NCBI GenBank assembly: GCA_013265495.1
Contig: MU058781.1
Location: 3,907,050 to 3,971,049 of the forward strand
Reading direction: 5' to 3'
Source: Vicugna vicugna
Taxonomy: Eukaryota
Length of the DNA: 64,000 bases
Below are positions 1-13,190 of this stretch, one piece after another; the first letter of the stretch is position 1; the number at the start of each line of letters is the position of its first letter. The notes below the pieces were generated by a model, which made no database searches, was not told the DNA's origin, and was given only the letters and a program-made list of their open reading frames with translations. Made by a program: the position numbers and the translations under genes.

Positions 1-294
1 GCTGGAGGAGAGGGCGGAGTGACGTGGCATCAGGAGACCAGTTCTTGGAACTGAGGAGGAAAATTGCCTGCTGATTACTTAATCCTCTTCCTGACCTTTA
101 TCTCTCAGATGGGAACCTTGTCAGATTTTTTGGTAAAACAAACTAAAGTTTCATTATTTAACTCATATTACTGGCTATCTATCATGCATAATATACAAAT
201 ATTCCTTGACTCTTTGACATGATATCCATGCATGTCACACTTTACTGAAAAAATATAAAGACAGACAAGCTGTTTAACAAGAGCATCTTATTAA

Positions 295-575
295 AGCAGT
301 TATTCTGAAATATATGACGTGGAACATATCCAGGTAGACAGTTCAAGAAGAAAGGACTTCCTGGCTGTGCATCTTTAAGTAGCAGTGTGTACTGTCTCTT
401 CTCTTAGAGATTTCTGATCATCAGCCCCACCAGCTGACTGTGAAGACGTTCAGTTAAAGAAACCTGCTTAGCGATTTAATCCAATGTTTTCTCAAACTTA
501 GGGAACATCACACTTTTCCCTCAAAACATCTATTAGTATTTAGTGGAATGAATGTTCTGTGGAGCAGCTTTTGTT
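295..575. mobile_element. MER103-like hAT-Charlie non-autonomous DNA transposon fragment
   Basis: 'tgtgaagacgttcagttaaagaaacctgcttagc...atccaatgttttctcaaactta' resembles the recalled MER103 consensus; ends approximate. Confidence 0.55.
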
Positions 576-671
576 TAGTTTTCACTAGAGAGTTAATAAA
601 ACAGTCATAATATGGGATCTGACCACAAATGTAAATCACTGAACCAGTACATGAGTTTGAAAGACAGTTGA

Positions 672-1123
672 TTGCAGCAACTTGGATGGAACAAGAGATG
701 GTCATTCTAAGTGAAGTGAGCCCCGAAAGAGGAAGAAAAATACCAAATACCATATGATACCACTCATATATGGAATCTAAAAAAAAAAGAAAGAAGAAGA
801 AAAAGAGGACACTAATGAACTTACCTACAAAACAGAAACAGACTCGCAGACGTAGTAAATAGTTTTATGGTTACCAGGGGAAAGGGGGTGGGAAGGGATA
901 AAGTTGGGAGTTTGAGATTTGCAGAGGTTAACCACTACATATAAAAACAGACAAAAACCAAATTTCTTCTGTATAGTATGGGAATGATATTCGATATCTT
1001 GTAATAACTTATAATGAAAAAGAATATAAAAATGAGTATCTGCATGTATACGCATGACTGGGACTTGATGCTTTACACCAGAAATTGACACATTGTAACT
1101 AACTATACTTCAGTAATTTAAAA
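672..1123 (+). mobile_element. 5'-truncated young L1 (end of ORF2 plus 3' UTR) with 12-bp TSD
   Basis: 'ttgcagcaacttggatgg...attctaagtgaagtgag' L1 ORF2 tail, 3' UTR and A-tail; TSD aaagacagttga at 660-671 and 1124-1135. Confidence 0.93.
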
Positions 1124-1499
1124 AAAGACAGTTGAGAAGAAAGTCATAATTAGACAGTAGGTCCAAGGAGAATGGCGAAACACAAAGGAGGAAAGGAGGC
1201 TGGCAGTAGCAGGCAGTAAAACGCTGATAATTTCACTTGTTTCCAAACTGAACAATTTACATTCTTGTCAAAGGTTTATGCAGTGACGCATTCAACTTAC
1301 GCCTCTAACCCAGCTTTGGTCTTCACATTACCTGCAGGGAAGTATCTAAATACGTGCAGAAGGAGGGCCCAAGCAGAATAATTAACTACTGGTTATTTTT
1401 TGAGCCTGTGAAACTTCCTCAGTTAATTCTCAAAGAATGGAACCCAAGAGCCCAAATGTTGAAAAACTTGTACCAGATTTAAAGCTTTGATCATCAAAT

Positions 1500-1670
1500 G
1501 TTAAGGCTGGAAAGATTTCAGAGATCACAGTCCAACTGCTTTATTTCACAGACGGTAAAACGGAGGCTCTGAGAAAAGGTCAGCGGAGTCACATGACACG
1601 TGCTAGAGCCAAGTTCTAACCAAAGCCTTTGAAGCCCAGGTCTGCTTTTTACCCTACACTTCCCTGCCAC
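1500..1670 (-). mobile_element. MIR SINE fragment
   Basis: 'atttcacagacggtaaaacggaggctctgaga' is the MIR core in reverse. Confidence 0.65.
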
Positions 1671-2010
1671 TCCGGCAGCATCAGCCACCTTCTGTTTTCT
1701 ATGTGGATCATCAAGTTATGGACAATAAAATATGCAGCTGGACAGACATGATTTTATTCTAGCTGTAAAAATACGTAATGAAGACAAGAAATAATCATCG
1801 GAAGTATTCCACCTCCCTCTTTGTTCTGGAGAAGTGAGATCAAAGCATTTGGGTACCAAAATCTTATCCATAAAGCAAATACTAAGAGCTTTATCATGCA
1901 CAAACAATCAGGTAGTTGTGGTCATTAGGAAAAGGAGAAAGGGTATTGAGGTGAGAAGTGACAAATTATCAGAATCTGGAGACTCTCACATCTATCTCTT
2001 CTTTCCCTAT

Positions 2011-2487
2011 TGTTAAAGAAAAAATATTATTCTGTTAAGGAGAAGATTATTCAGTGATCCTTGTTGAAGAACAGTAAAGCTGACTTTATTTGAGGGGGAG
2101 CCATCTGTCGCAGGGGGTGTGGGGACCGAGGTAACGGGGTCTTGCAGTGGGGGAGAGAGATTGGACTAACTCTGGCTCCAACAGGGATAAGCGGAAATTT
2201 ATATCCAAGGAGCAGAGTTGAGGTCAGTGGATAGAAAATACTAAGAGGAGACATCAAGAGTCAGGGGAATTCTTGTTGGACCAACTCAGAGTGGGAAGGC
2301 CAGAGTGGGAAGACGTCATGGCTGGTCAGATACCAAGGGTAGGGGATTTTCGCTAAACTATCTTAGCAGGATTCTTGTTCCAAATGGATTCTCCAAGGAC
2401 AGAGAAGGAAGCCCAAGGTCAGGTCTAGTTGAACAGAGGGCTGAGAGGAGCCTGATTAAAGTTAGGCCATGGAGAAAGTCTTTGTCA
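2011..2487 (-). mobile_element. Solo ERV1 LTR, MER67/MER31 family
   Basis: Minus strand starts TGACAAAGACTTTCTCCATGGCCTAACTTTAATCAGGCTCC and ends ...TTTAACA (TG...CA); matches recalled MER67/MER31 consensus. Confidence 0.75.
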
Positions 2488-2799
2488 ACACGCACTATCC
2501 TAATTTAGACCCTTAAACCTGGACAATCGCGATAGTGTTTGAGGCATTTTTCCTGCGTGGTGAATAGGGACACTCTATGCCGTTCTGACCTCCTCAGTGC
2601 CTAGAGTCATGCTCACATCCAGGAAGATGCCCCTCTGATGCCAGGTCCCTCAGTGCCGGGACCTCAACTCCGGTGAGTGGTCCTCCTTCCCGGCTCCCCA
2701 CCCCTCACATCTCCCCACCCAGTCACACTCTTGAAGGGCACACGGTTGGCTGTTACTACTACAACTGTAATGAAACTCCTTTTTCAGAGGGACTGGTAA

Positions 2800-5500
2800 C
2801 TTTTTTAAAAAGTAGCTTCTATTTTCACTAGTTACATATGTTCATGGTGTTAAAAGCTAAACGGATAAGGGCATATAATGAAAAACAGGTGCCTTTGACC
2901 CATCCCTCCCTGTCCTCCAAGGGCGACCACTTTCAACTCTAAAGTCTATTTTTTTTTCCTCTTTACTTCCATATTTCTGAAAACTGTACTTATGTGATAA
3001 TTATTTAAATTTTCTTCAATTCTAGTTATTATCTATTTTCTGTTGTGGAAATGAGGATTTCATTTCTTACTACCTGCCCTCTACCCCCCACCATTCATAT
3101 GCACATACATTGCACTTCTATTCTTTTTTTTTTAAATAATTATCTTTTGGGGTTTTGTTTGTTTGTTTGTTTTGTGGGGGGAGGCAATTAGGTTTATTTA
3201 TTTTTAGAGGAGGTACTGGGGATTGAACCCAGTCCCTCGTGCATGCCAAGCATGTGCTGTACCACTTGACCTATACTCTACCCCCTGCACTTCTGTTCTT
3301 TATATCTCAATATAATTATATCACATTTTTTTGGTAAAATCAATATTCAATGCTTAGATTATTAATGGCCATGTAATATTGTTCATAGGTGAGATAATAA
3401 TGTATCACAAATACATTTTCTTTCTTCTAAAAACAAGCTTTCTTGAGGTATAACTGATATACAAAAAACCCCTGGACATTTTAATGTATACAATTTGATG
3501 AGTTTGGAAATATGTATATACGTGTGACACCATCACCATACTCAAGGTAATAAACAAATCCATCGTTTCCAAAGTTTCCTCTTGTCCCGCCTCCTCTTTC
3601 GTGGTAAGAACACTAAACATGAGATCTACCCTTAATAATACTGAGAACTTACTCATCTTGTACGACTGAAACTTCACTCCCTATTTCCCCAACCTCTCAC
3701 TCCTGGCAACCACTACCATTTTCTTTCATATACAATTTAAAATTTTCCCAGGAATTAATTGCTTCATTTTAAAATTTACTTTGTTTTCTCTGTACTTACA
3801 ACTGAACCATCCCCAGAGTCTCCAGCTACTGAAAAACCTTTCCTTGCTGTCAAATGCGGGATGGATATTCTGCCGGTTTCCCCTCCTGGCGCCCTTCATC
3901 GTCTCCATCTGATCTAGATTAGTTGCTTTCTGCACAGCTGTCATCGGGGACTTCCTTTCGACCTGGGAATTCTCTTTTCTTGAATCACATGCCAGCTTTT
4001 TCTTGGTTTATTCACTTTTTGATAAAGCACATTCTCCAGCAGCTTGCCGGGTTAAAAAAAAAAGGAGGCACAAAAGGTGAACTTTTGAAGACCTCATATG
4101 TCTGAAAATATGCCTGCCTTAGGATTGATGATCGCTTTGTGTACAAATAGTTCTCCCTCGTTGCCTCTTTGCCTTGTAACCTCAGTTTGCTACGGAGAAG
4201 TTCTCCAGGACTTTAATCCCGGAGCTTTTGTGTGAGATCTTTTTTTTTTTTTCCCATTGTGGAAACTGTTAGTGTCTCTTTTTTGTCCATGTTGTTCTGA
4301 AATTTCACAGTGAAAAGCTGTTATATGTTGCCCCCCACCCACCCCCAACCTGGGGTGATCAGTAGGTCCTTTCTGGAGGGAAATTCATTCCCTCAGTTCT
4401 AGAAATGCTTTTATATTCACTTTTACAAAATATCCTCCCCTCTATTCTTTTTTTCTTCTAGTTTCTGGAACTCATGTTGGTCAGCTTTTGAACCATCCTG
4501 ATTGATCTTCTGACTTTCTTATCCTTTCTCTCCTATTTCTCATCTCTTTCATTTTTGATCTAATTCCCGAGAATTTTCCTCAATTTTATCTATCAACCGT
4601 TCTCTTTAACTTTATAATATTTGCCATCATTTTAAATTTCTCAGAGTGTGTTCTTGTTCTCTGAATGTTTCTTTTCTTTTTTTCATATATATGTTTTTAT
4701 TGAAGTATAGTCATAGTTTCTTTTCTTCTTTTAAACAGCGTTCTCATTTCGTGAACACAGCATCTTCTCTTGCCTTAGTGAGAATCTTCATTCTAAAGTT
4801 TTTAATGTGTTCTTCTGCTCCCCAAATTGCCCGTTTCCTCTGAGTTAACTTGGTCTGTTTCTTTTGGTCTCTGTCTTAAGTGGAGAATCACCCTCAACTG
4901 TCTGATCCTTGGCTGTCTTTTCAGTTTAATGAGGAGCCAAACACGCTGGTTCGAAACTGTATGCATGGCTGGGGCTTGTCAACAGATGAGCCTCTGGGGC
5001 AGGTTCTCCTGTTTCACTGGCAGATGCTCAATTCTCACTCCTTTGAGGTCTTTCTTTTAAGTTGATGAGTTTCTCTATGAGGAATGCTGGCTGCCAGTGC
5101 TTTGGAAGCTGAGCAAGGAGAAGAGGGTGTCAGACTCCCTTTTCAATGTCATTTAATGCTCTCAGCAGGACTCCTTACCTCCACCCTCAGGTGCTCCCGG
5201 TGCCTCTGGAGACAGATTTCCTCTGATGCAACTCCTGGAGAAAACTCCTCCCGTCCTCAGTGGGCCAGGGGAGGAGACAAGAGGATCTGGGAGGCTAATG
5301 TCCTCTGAGCCAATGCTAGCAGCTCTGTCACCCCATCTTCAAAGATGGTGCCTATGTTCTTGAGCTTTCCCAAGGTTCTGGTTCACACATTGACCTGCTT
5401 CTTTTTGCCCTCCCTTCTCCTCGCTGCCTCTGTCCTTTGCTCCTACTGCACGTCTAGGGGCAGCTTCCAGGAAAAAGTATCCTCTCTCTGTTTATTAGCT
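2800..5500 (-). mobile_element. Old fragmented L1 (L1M-type) region, interrupted by a SINE and a younger L1 3' piece (~3435-3725)
   Basis: T-rich + strand with L1 antisense phrases ('aatgtatacaatttgatgagtttgg', 'gttctgaaatttcacagtga', 'tttctggaactc'); boundaries approximate. Confidence 0.6.
3126..3285 (-). mobile_element. tRNA-Ala-derived camelid SINE (vic-1 type) with 15-bp TSD
   Basis: Minus strand reads GGGGGTAGAGTATAGGTCAAGTGGTACAGCACATGCTTGGCATGCACGAGGGACTGGGTTCAATCCCCAGTACCTCC plus A-rich tail; TSD tgcacttct(a/g)ttctt at 3111-3125 and 3286-3300. Confidence 0.9.
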
Positions 5501-6934
5501 GCAGTGATTGCAAATGAGTTTCCACGAGTCCCAGAAATTTTAGAACTTATTCTTATAATGTGGTTGAGGTATGTACACAATACCATGAAGGTTAAACATC
5601 TTCAAAAAGCACATGCAGTGTCTTGTACTGATTCCACCTGAAACATGGATGGGTTCCCTTGGAGCTCAGAATTGCAAGAGACACCCATCCTCGGTAGCGT
5701 CTCACCAAAGAGGAGGATTTTAACATCAGTGGAAGTTACTATCATCTCATTACATCCCGGGTATGAAAAATGTGCAGGTCAGCCTGGTAGGTTTTTTTTT
5801 TTAAGCTTACTCTTTCCTATATTTAAAGGAGAGATGGGGGAATTGGTGGCTGGTTTAGAAATTAGTTTTAATAGAATTTGAATAGCCATGAGCAGAAACC
5901 ATTTTCTTCTTTAACTTAAGTCTAATAAACATGTCATGGCCCTAAGGATGGAAAATAACTCTGTAGCAGAAATGAGACGTAACATATGCCATGATTAATG
6001 ACCTCATAAACTGAGGATCTCAGATCATCAAAGCCAGTATTTTTCTTTTAAAAGGTTTGCTGTGGCCAAGTTATTCATCAAATCTATTTTGCAAGATGCT
6101 GACATTGTTCTAATATGAAATTCAGAAATAATTAAGCATTTGTCAGGCATCATTTGTTTTCAATTACGCAGGTAAATGCGAGACTGGAGTCTGTTGTTGG
6201 TGAAAGTATTGGACACATTGGTACATCAGCCAATTACCACTTAACACTGGGCTGCAAAATTCTAACATGCTACACATTAAGCAGAATTCAAAACAGAAGC
6301 GGTGTCCTCTTTCAAGCAATAAAGTTGTTTCCTGCACTTTCTAAGTTACACTGCGCTTAGACCCCTAAGGAGTCTGAGGCCCTGTTCCCTCTTCCTGTAG
6401 CGTGTGCTTGTGGAGGTCTGTGATGACAACTTGTCTGGGATTTACTGGACACTTAACCATGCGCCGCCCTCTAGGTGAACTGCCTTTAGTGCCTTATCTC
6501 AGTCGGTTATCACAGCAATCATTTTATTATCTTCATCTAGCAGCTGATTCAGGATGCTACCAGGTGAAACATGAAAGTTTTCTTTTCCTAAACTTATCTG
6601 CACTTCCTGGAAGTATTCCCTTTGAACCATTAAAACAATTTTTTTTAACATTTCTACTTTACACAATACTTCGAGATTCCCCTGAGAAGGAGAGTGTTTT
6701 ACTCACATTCCCTTCTACTTTCTTGTCTCTCCAGTTTCATTCGTTATTATATTTGTAATCTTCCTACTGATTGTGTTTATAACTTAATGTGCTTCAACCT
6801 CCCGGCTTATTTCTCCATGACTGGCTGCCTTTCCCTGTTCCCTAAACTCTGGTTCTTAGATCCCATCTTTTTGTTAATTTGGAATAGAGACTGAGAAAGG
6901 CTTAATGCCAAGCTTCCGAACAACATTAAGTACA

Positions 6935-9570
6935 TATTTCTGAAATAAACTTTTTCTTTTAGAAAAGCTTTAGGTTTATGGACAAATTTAGACAGTAGTA
7001 GAGATAGTTCCCATGGACTCCACACCCAATTTCCTCTCTTATTCATGTCTTATATTATATGATACACATATCACAACCAATAAGCAATATTGATATATTA
7101 TTTTTAACTGAAGTCTATACTTTATTTGGACTCCCTTGGTTTTGCCCTAATGTCCTTTTTTGGTTCCAGGCTCGCATCCAGGACACTGCGTTACATTTAA
7201 TTGTCCTGTCTCCTCCTCAGCTGCCTGTTGGCTGCAGCAGTTTCTCAGAAGTTCCTTGACAGTTTTAAGGAGACTGACTAGTAGTTTTAAGGAGTCTTTG
7301 ACAGTTTTAAGAGGTTTAGGGATTGTGTTCCATGTCCCTCAAGAGGGATTTGTTGGATGTTTTTCTCGTGATTAGACCGGGGTTATGGGTTTGGGAGGAA
7401 GGTCACAAAGTCAGAGTGCCACTTTCATCGCATTCTATTGTGGTACATCCCGTCAACGTGACTGACTTTGGTTGATAGGGGCTGTGATCACATGGCTGAG
7501 GTAGGGTTCGTTAGATTTCTCCACTTTGAATTTACTCTTTCCCCCACGTTCCATGTTGTCCTCTTTGGATGGAAGCCGCTGTGGGCAGCCCATGCTTAAG
7601 GAGTGGAGTTATGCTTCACCTTCTTGAGGGTGGAGTAGCTACATCAATTATTTGGAATTTTCCTCTATGGGAGAGTTGTCTCTTCTTCTCTCATTTATTC
7701 ATTTACTCAGTCATTTGTTTATTTCAGTATGGACTCATGGATGTGTATTTTATACTCTGGGTTATAATCCAATGCTACTTTATTTATTTGGTTGCTTGAA
7801 TTGCACCGTCTTTGGCCATTGGGAATTCTTTCAGTTGTCCCTTGTTTCCCTTTGATATACTTCCTTCATTGTGGAGTTTTGTTTTGGTTTGATTTTTCTT
7901 ACTTTCTGGTACTGCAAGATAGATGTTACAGGCTCATCTTGTCTATTTCCTGTCTCAGTCCTCAAACCAGCCGTTCTCCAGAAAGCCCTGGCTCTTTTTT
8001 TGGAGACTTGTATTAGAGACCAAGCTCTAGGCACTAAGTATGCTGTTATGACTGGGGTGTTGTTGCTTCTAGGCTCCCTCAGCTGATAGAGCAAGGCTGT
8101 CTACGTGGGTATAGTAACTTCTGTATATACATGAATCTATGAATATTTCTGTATGTAACCGTCTGTATATTAAGCTAAACATGTGTTCATACTATTGTCT
8201 CCAAATCTAATTCATTACCTCATTGATCATTCTAGCCTCCTCCCTTTCCCTAGCTGTAAAATCCCTCTCTAACCATCAGAAATCTAGTTGCAACCATCCA
8301 TGTCCTTAACTGTTCAGTTCCAACATACATGCGTGTCAGTATCAGAGATGTGAGCCCATATCCCTATGGGATCCAACTTTATCAGTTAAAATATAGTGCT
8401 TTTGTACATTTGCTTTTGCCTTTATTCTTACAGACTCTTTCGTAAGTTATTTATGTCACCACTATCCCCTCTTCAGTGAGGTTGTTTCAGACATTTATAA
8501 TACAACTGTTATTTAGTCACATTCTGCATTCCATCCTGGGATTCTACAATACCCTACGTGACTTTTTAATTTGTGTACATTAAGGTTTACTCTTTGTGCT
8601 GTCAAGGTCTATGAATTTTGAGAAAAACAATATAACATAATGTCGCATACCCACCATTACAGTATCATATAGAGTAGTTTTACCACCCTAAAAAGTCCCC
8701 ATTGCTTCACCTATTCAGCACCCTCCCCAAACTCCCGGCAACCACTGATCTTTTTACCGTCCCTATAGTTTTGCCTTTTCCAGATTGTCCTATCATGACA
8801 ATCGTACAGTATGACTCTTCAGACTGGTGTCTTTCCCTCAGCAATACGCACTTAAGATAGATTCATCCGTGTCTTGAGAGTTCATTTCCTTTTCTTGCCG
8901 AATAATATGCCATTGGGTGAATACATCATATTTTGTTTATCCATTCACCTACTGAGAGACATCTTGGTTGTTTCCAAATTGTCGGTGATCATGAATAAAG
9001 TTGCCATAAGGAATGCAAGTTTTAGTGTCGGCATAAGTTTTCAAATCAGTTGGATAAATATCTCGGAATATGATTGTTGGAGCATGACTAAGATTACATT
9101 TGGCTTTGTAAGAAACTGCCAAACCGTCTTCCAAAGTGGTTGTACTGTTTTGTGTCATTCCCACCAACAACGAATGAGAGTTCCTGTTTCTCTGCATCCT
9201 CGCTAATAGCTGGCATTATCCGTTTTTTGGATTTGGACCATTCTAGTAAGTGTGTAGTGATATCTATTTGTTTTCATTTTTAATTCCCTAATGAAAAGTG
9301 ATTCTGAACATCTTTTCCTATGTCAATTTTCATTTATATGAAAGTGAGGTGTCTGTTCATGTCTTTTGCCCGTTTAAAATTGCACTTTCTTATCATTGAA
9401 TTTTAAGAGTGCTTTGTATATTTTGGGTACATACCCTTTATTAGACATATGTTTTACAGATATTTTCTCCCAGACTGTGGCTTGTCTTTTTATTTTCTTA
9501 ACAGTGTCTTTTTTGGGGGCATAAGTTTTAAATTTTAATTAAGTTCAATTTATCAATTAATCACTCATAT
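6935..9570 (-). mobile_element. Old L1 (L1MB/L1MC-type) 3' UTR and ORF2 C-terminal remnant
   Basis: 'aaactgccaaaccgtcttccaaagtggttgtac', 'cattcccaccaacaacgaatgagagttcctg', 'ccccggcaaccactgatct' are L1 antisense signatures; ORF 8949-9197(-) is ORF2-like. Confidence 0.85.
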
Positions 9571-10754
9571 CAATATATATCAAGTGGATATAGCAAACCT
9601 ACATCTGTTTTTCAGAAATAGCCTACGTGTGCCTCATGAATGGAGGCCATGTCTTACGTGTCGCTCTGTCTCCTACACATCTAGCATTTGGTGGACGCAC
9701 GCTACATGTTCGCCTGAGGCACGGAATGTGGTCTGCTGAGCCAAATCACCTGATAGGCTCCATCCTGTAGTTCTTTATTGCTTGGATATCTAGACTCCTC
9801 ATCTTGTCTCTTCTTTATACATAAAAGAAGGATTTGAGTAAATATATAGCTTTGAAAATGATGAATATAGACAATTGGCTTAGTAATACATGATATGCAT
9901 GAAGAGTAACAGTAGACCTTGAAAAATATAATTCAATCTGAAGTCAGGAGAAGTCTCATTCAAAAAAAAAAGTAGTTTGAAAGGTTGTGGCTTTGTAGTA
10001 TGTATCTTTCCCTCTACTGTAAAAAATTAAAAAAAAGCATTTTCCATTCATCACTTTGATGGTGTTTGTTATTTGACCCATTGAGATAATGATTCCAGTT
10101 AAGAAGAAATATTGAGAAATCAGCAGACCAAGTTGCTGGCTGAAGGGCTGTATTTTGGGTGTAAACATACAATTTTGGCTTTTCAAAATTCCAAGCATGC
10201 CTTGAAATAAGATAGGCTGAGAGAGCAGCATAGATTACGAGCTGTTTCACAGCGTAGTAGTCAGTGGCTTGGAGGAGAAGAGGGAAGGAAGGCTGGGGCA
10301 CCGGGGGGAGGATGGTGTTAAGATGCTCAGCCCACTCCCAGCATCTCCGCATCTGAGCAGCCTGCTTGGTGTTCACTTCTCGTAAGATCATCTGGGACAG
10401 GAATAATTTTTACTTCCATAAAAGATATTAGAATTTTATTTGTCAGTCCTAAGGAGAAAAATCACTTATTACTTCTATAAATCAGATACTAAATAGGGTA
10501 ATTTATACACGTCATTCTTATTTAATTCTTCTAGCAATCCAACAAAATAGGTGTTATTAGCCCCATTGTACTGATGGATTACAGACTCTTTCCTAAGTTA
10601 TTTGTGATTGCAAAGCAGTGGCAGACCTGATGTTCTTCCCCACAGATTCTAAAACGTGAGTTTTCTGTCCCGTTTCTCTGAAAGCACTCGTTCTCCACCT
10701 TGGTCTTTAATCACCTGGAGTTCAATTTGGGGTTTATTTTACTATTCGTTAGGA

Positions 10755-11110
10755 GGGGGCTAGGTTATACGGAAGAAACTCACAACCCCAAATCTCAGCG
10801 GTTTAACCCTCAGTTTCTATCTCATTGTGCCGCTGTCCACTGTGGGTGTGCAGGGTCTCTGCCCATCACGTCCCTCAGGGACCCAGGTAGATGGAGGCTT
10901 ATCAAGACGGGCATCCAGGATCCTGGGAGCAGCGAGGGGAACATGGCGGGTCACACACTGGCACTTAGGGCTGTGCTCGAAGGTGATATATGTGTCTTCT
11001 GATCACATTTCAGGGGCCAAAGCAAGTCACGTGACCGTGTAAGCCTAACTTCAGAGGGGACAGGGAAATGCAACCCTCTCTGGGTCTCAAAGGAGGAGAG
11101 AACTGGAGTA
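10755..11110 (-). mobile_element. Old MaLR LTR (MLT1J/K/L-like)
   Basis: 'cacaaccccaaatctcagcggtttaac', 'cagggacccaggtagatgga', 'ggccaaagcaagtcacgtgacc'. Confidence 0.7.
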
Positions 11111-12793
11111 TTTCATAAATAAAATTAATTTTTATTGTAACGATTGATTCTCCCAACACCATTTGGGAAGCATCCATGCTTTCCTGATTGACTTGTAATG
11201 CCACCTCTGTCACATGTCACGTTTTCACATTGGCGTGTGTGTCTGGCTTTCTCTTGGGCATCATTGTTCCATGACATCACATCATTTTAATCACAACAGC
11301 TCTACAAGCTACTGATCTCATATCCTGCAGCGAAAGACCCCTCACCTTGGCCATCACCTCTAACATTGTCTCAGCCACTCCCCATCTTTTGCTTTTCCTA
11401 GGAATTTCTAAATCAGTTTGTCGAATTTTATGAAATTCCTCCAGGATTTTGCCTAGTGTTCCCCAGGAAGCGAATACTGGTGCTAGACTGTGAGCTTAGG
11501 TCTCTCCGATTCCCATGTGAAGAAGACATTGCAGTGTCAGCCTAGCAGCTGATGTCAGCGGGTGAAGACAGAGAACTTGTCTTGCTTTCTGCCCAGGCTC
11601 CTTCGGGGCATTGGGTCTTATTTTCGTAGCTTCTACTGCACCTAGCATGGGGCTTGCCCCGATAAATACCACTCACTAAATGTTTCTGTGTGTGCATGTA
11701 ACTGACTGTGAGCGTGTGAGTCAGGAGGTGTTGGGACCCCCAGTGGAAAGGAGCTTGAAACATTCTTAGTAAGCCTGAAAGGTGAAAATACAGAATCTGC
11801 TCCTACGTGAGGTGGCTAGATCTGAACTCATCACTGGATACTGGAGGAAGGACGTTACAGGGTAGGGACAGGATTTCTCAGCATCCAGAGCCAGGCATTC
11901 TGGCAAAGAAGTCTGTTTGCCACCCCTTCCTAAGGCGTTGATCTCTGATCATGCGCCCCTCAGCCCCAGGTGCCTCCTTGCAGCTGGCTCAGAAGGATGA
12001 ATCCGCTCCATCACTCGGTTGTTTCTCCCTGGGGCAAATGGTCAGTGTGTATACAACAAGTGCTTATTGAATCTGACTGGAGAGAGACGGCTGCAGCTGA
12101 GCTCTCAATCCATTCTGAAATATGGCTGGTTGGAAAAAAAAAGAATGCAATCGAAGAAGATGTTTCTTCTATCCCTTTGACTGACTACCCTGGTGGGATT
12201 TTCCCATTATCAGTGGTCCTCTGTGACTCACAGCTCTGTTCCCTTCCCTGCCCTCTTGGAGCGGGAAAGGACAATTCTGTGCTCTGGCTCATGAATTGTG
12301 CTTCTTATGGCTCAGTCGGCCGGGCGGTTAGCATTGATTTGTTCTTGGGGGCCCTGCAAGTCACCGAGGAGACCGTGAAGAGTGCTCTTGTGTGTTAGTG
12401 TGTCTTAGCGAGGGCAGAACACAGACGCTGTCTATTCCTATCTGAGTACCTGGTACTTTTGCTGCCTCTGAACCAACGATGGTGCCTTGGTTGTGGGCTA
12501 AGCTGCCGATGCCCACGTACTTTTCTATGCAGTGCCCTTTTATTGAATGTTAAATAGAGCTTTATGTAAAAAAAAATAGCAAAGCTTAACATTAGTTAGC
12601 ATAGCTAATAATTATATTGCAAAACATGATATCCATACAATGAAATAATTGGAGTTTTTCAATAATTGCATGCATCGCCCCAGGAGCAGTGGCCCCGTCC
12701 CTGGAAATGGTCCCCAAGGGAGCATGTAGCCACTTTGGGAAGGAGATCTGGATTCAGCCAGAAGTGGGATGAAATTGCTTCTAGAGCTCCTTC

Positions 12794-13190
12794 TGTATTC
12801 GTTTCCCCAGGCTGCTGAAACAGTACCACGAACAGCGTGGCTTAAACAACAGAAAAAATGATTGTCTCACAGTTCTGGAAGCTGGAAGTCTGAGACCAGG
12901 TGTCAGCAGGGCCACCCTCCCTTGGAAGGCAGCAGGGGAGGATCTGTCCGGGCCTCTCTCCTTGACTCGTGGCCGCAGAGCTCCAGCCTCCATGCGGCCT
13001 TCTTCCCGGGTCTCTGCCTCTGTGTCCAAATTTCCACTTTCATTAGGTCACCGGTGGTATCAGTTAGGGGCCCACCCTACTGCAGTCGCCCATGACTTAA
13101 TAATTACATATGCAAACAACACTATTTCCAAATAAAGGCACGTTTTGAGGTACTAGGGGCTGGGATGTCACTATATGAAGGGGAACACAA
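12794..13190 (-). mobile_element. MaLR LTR (MLT1A-D group)
   Basis: 'ggcttaaacaacaga...tctcacagttctggaagctggaagtctgaga', 'tatttccaaataaaggcacgttttgaggtactagggg'. Confidence 0.85.

Noticed and set aside
3200..3285. tRNA-Ala-like sequence
   Set aside because: SINE head with A-tail and TSD and degenerate stems; not a tRNA gene.
7255..7315. Triplicated 'agttttaag' unit
   Set aside because: Local slippage inside an old L1; no further significance visible.
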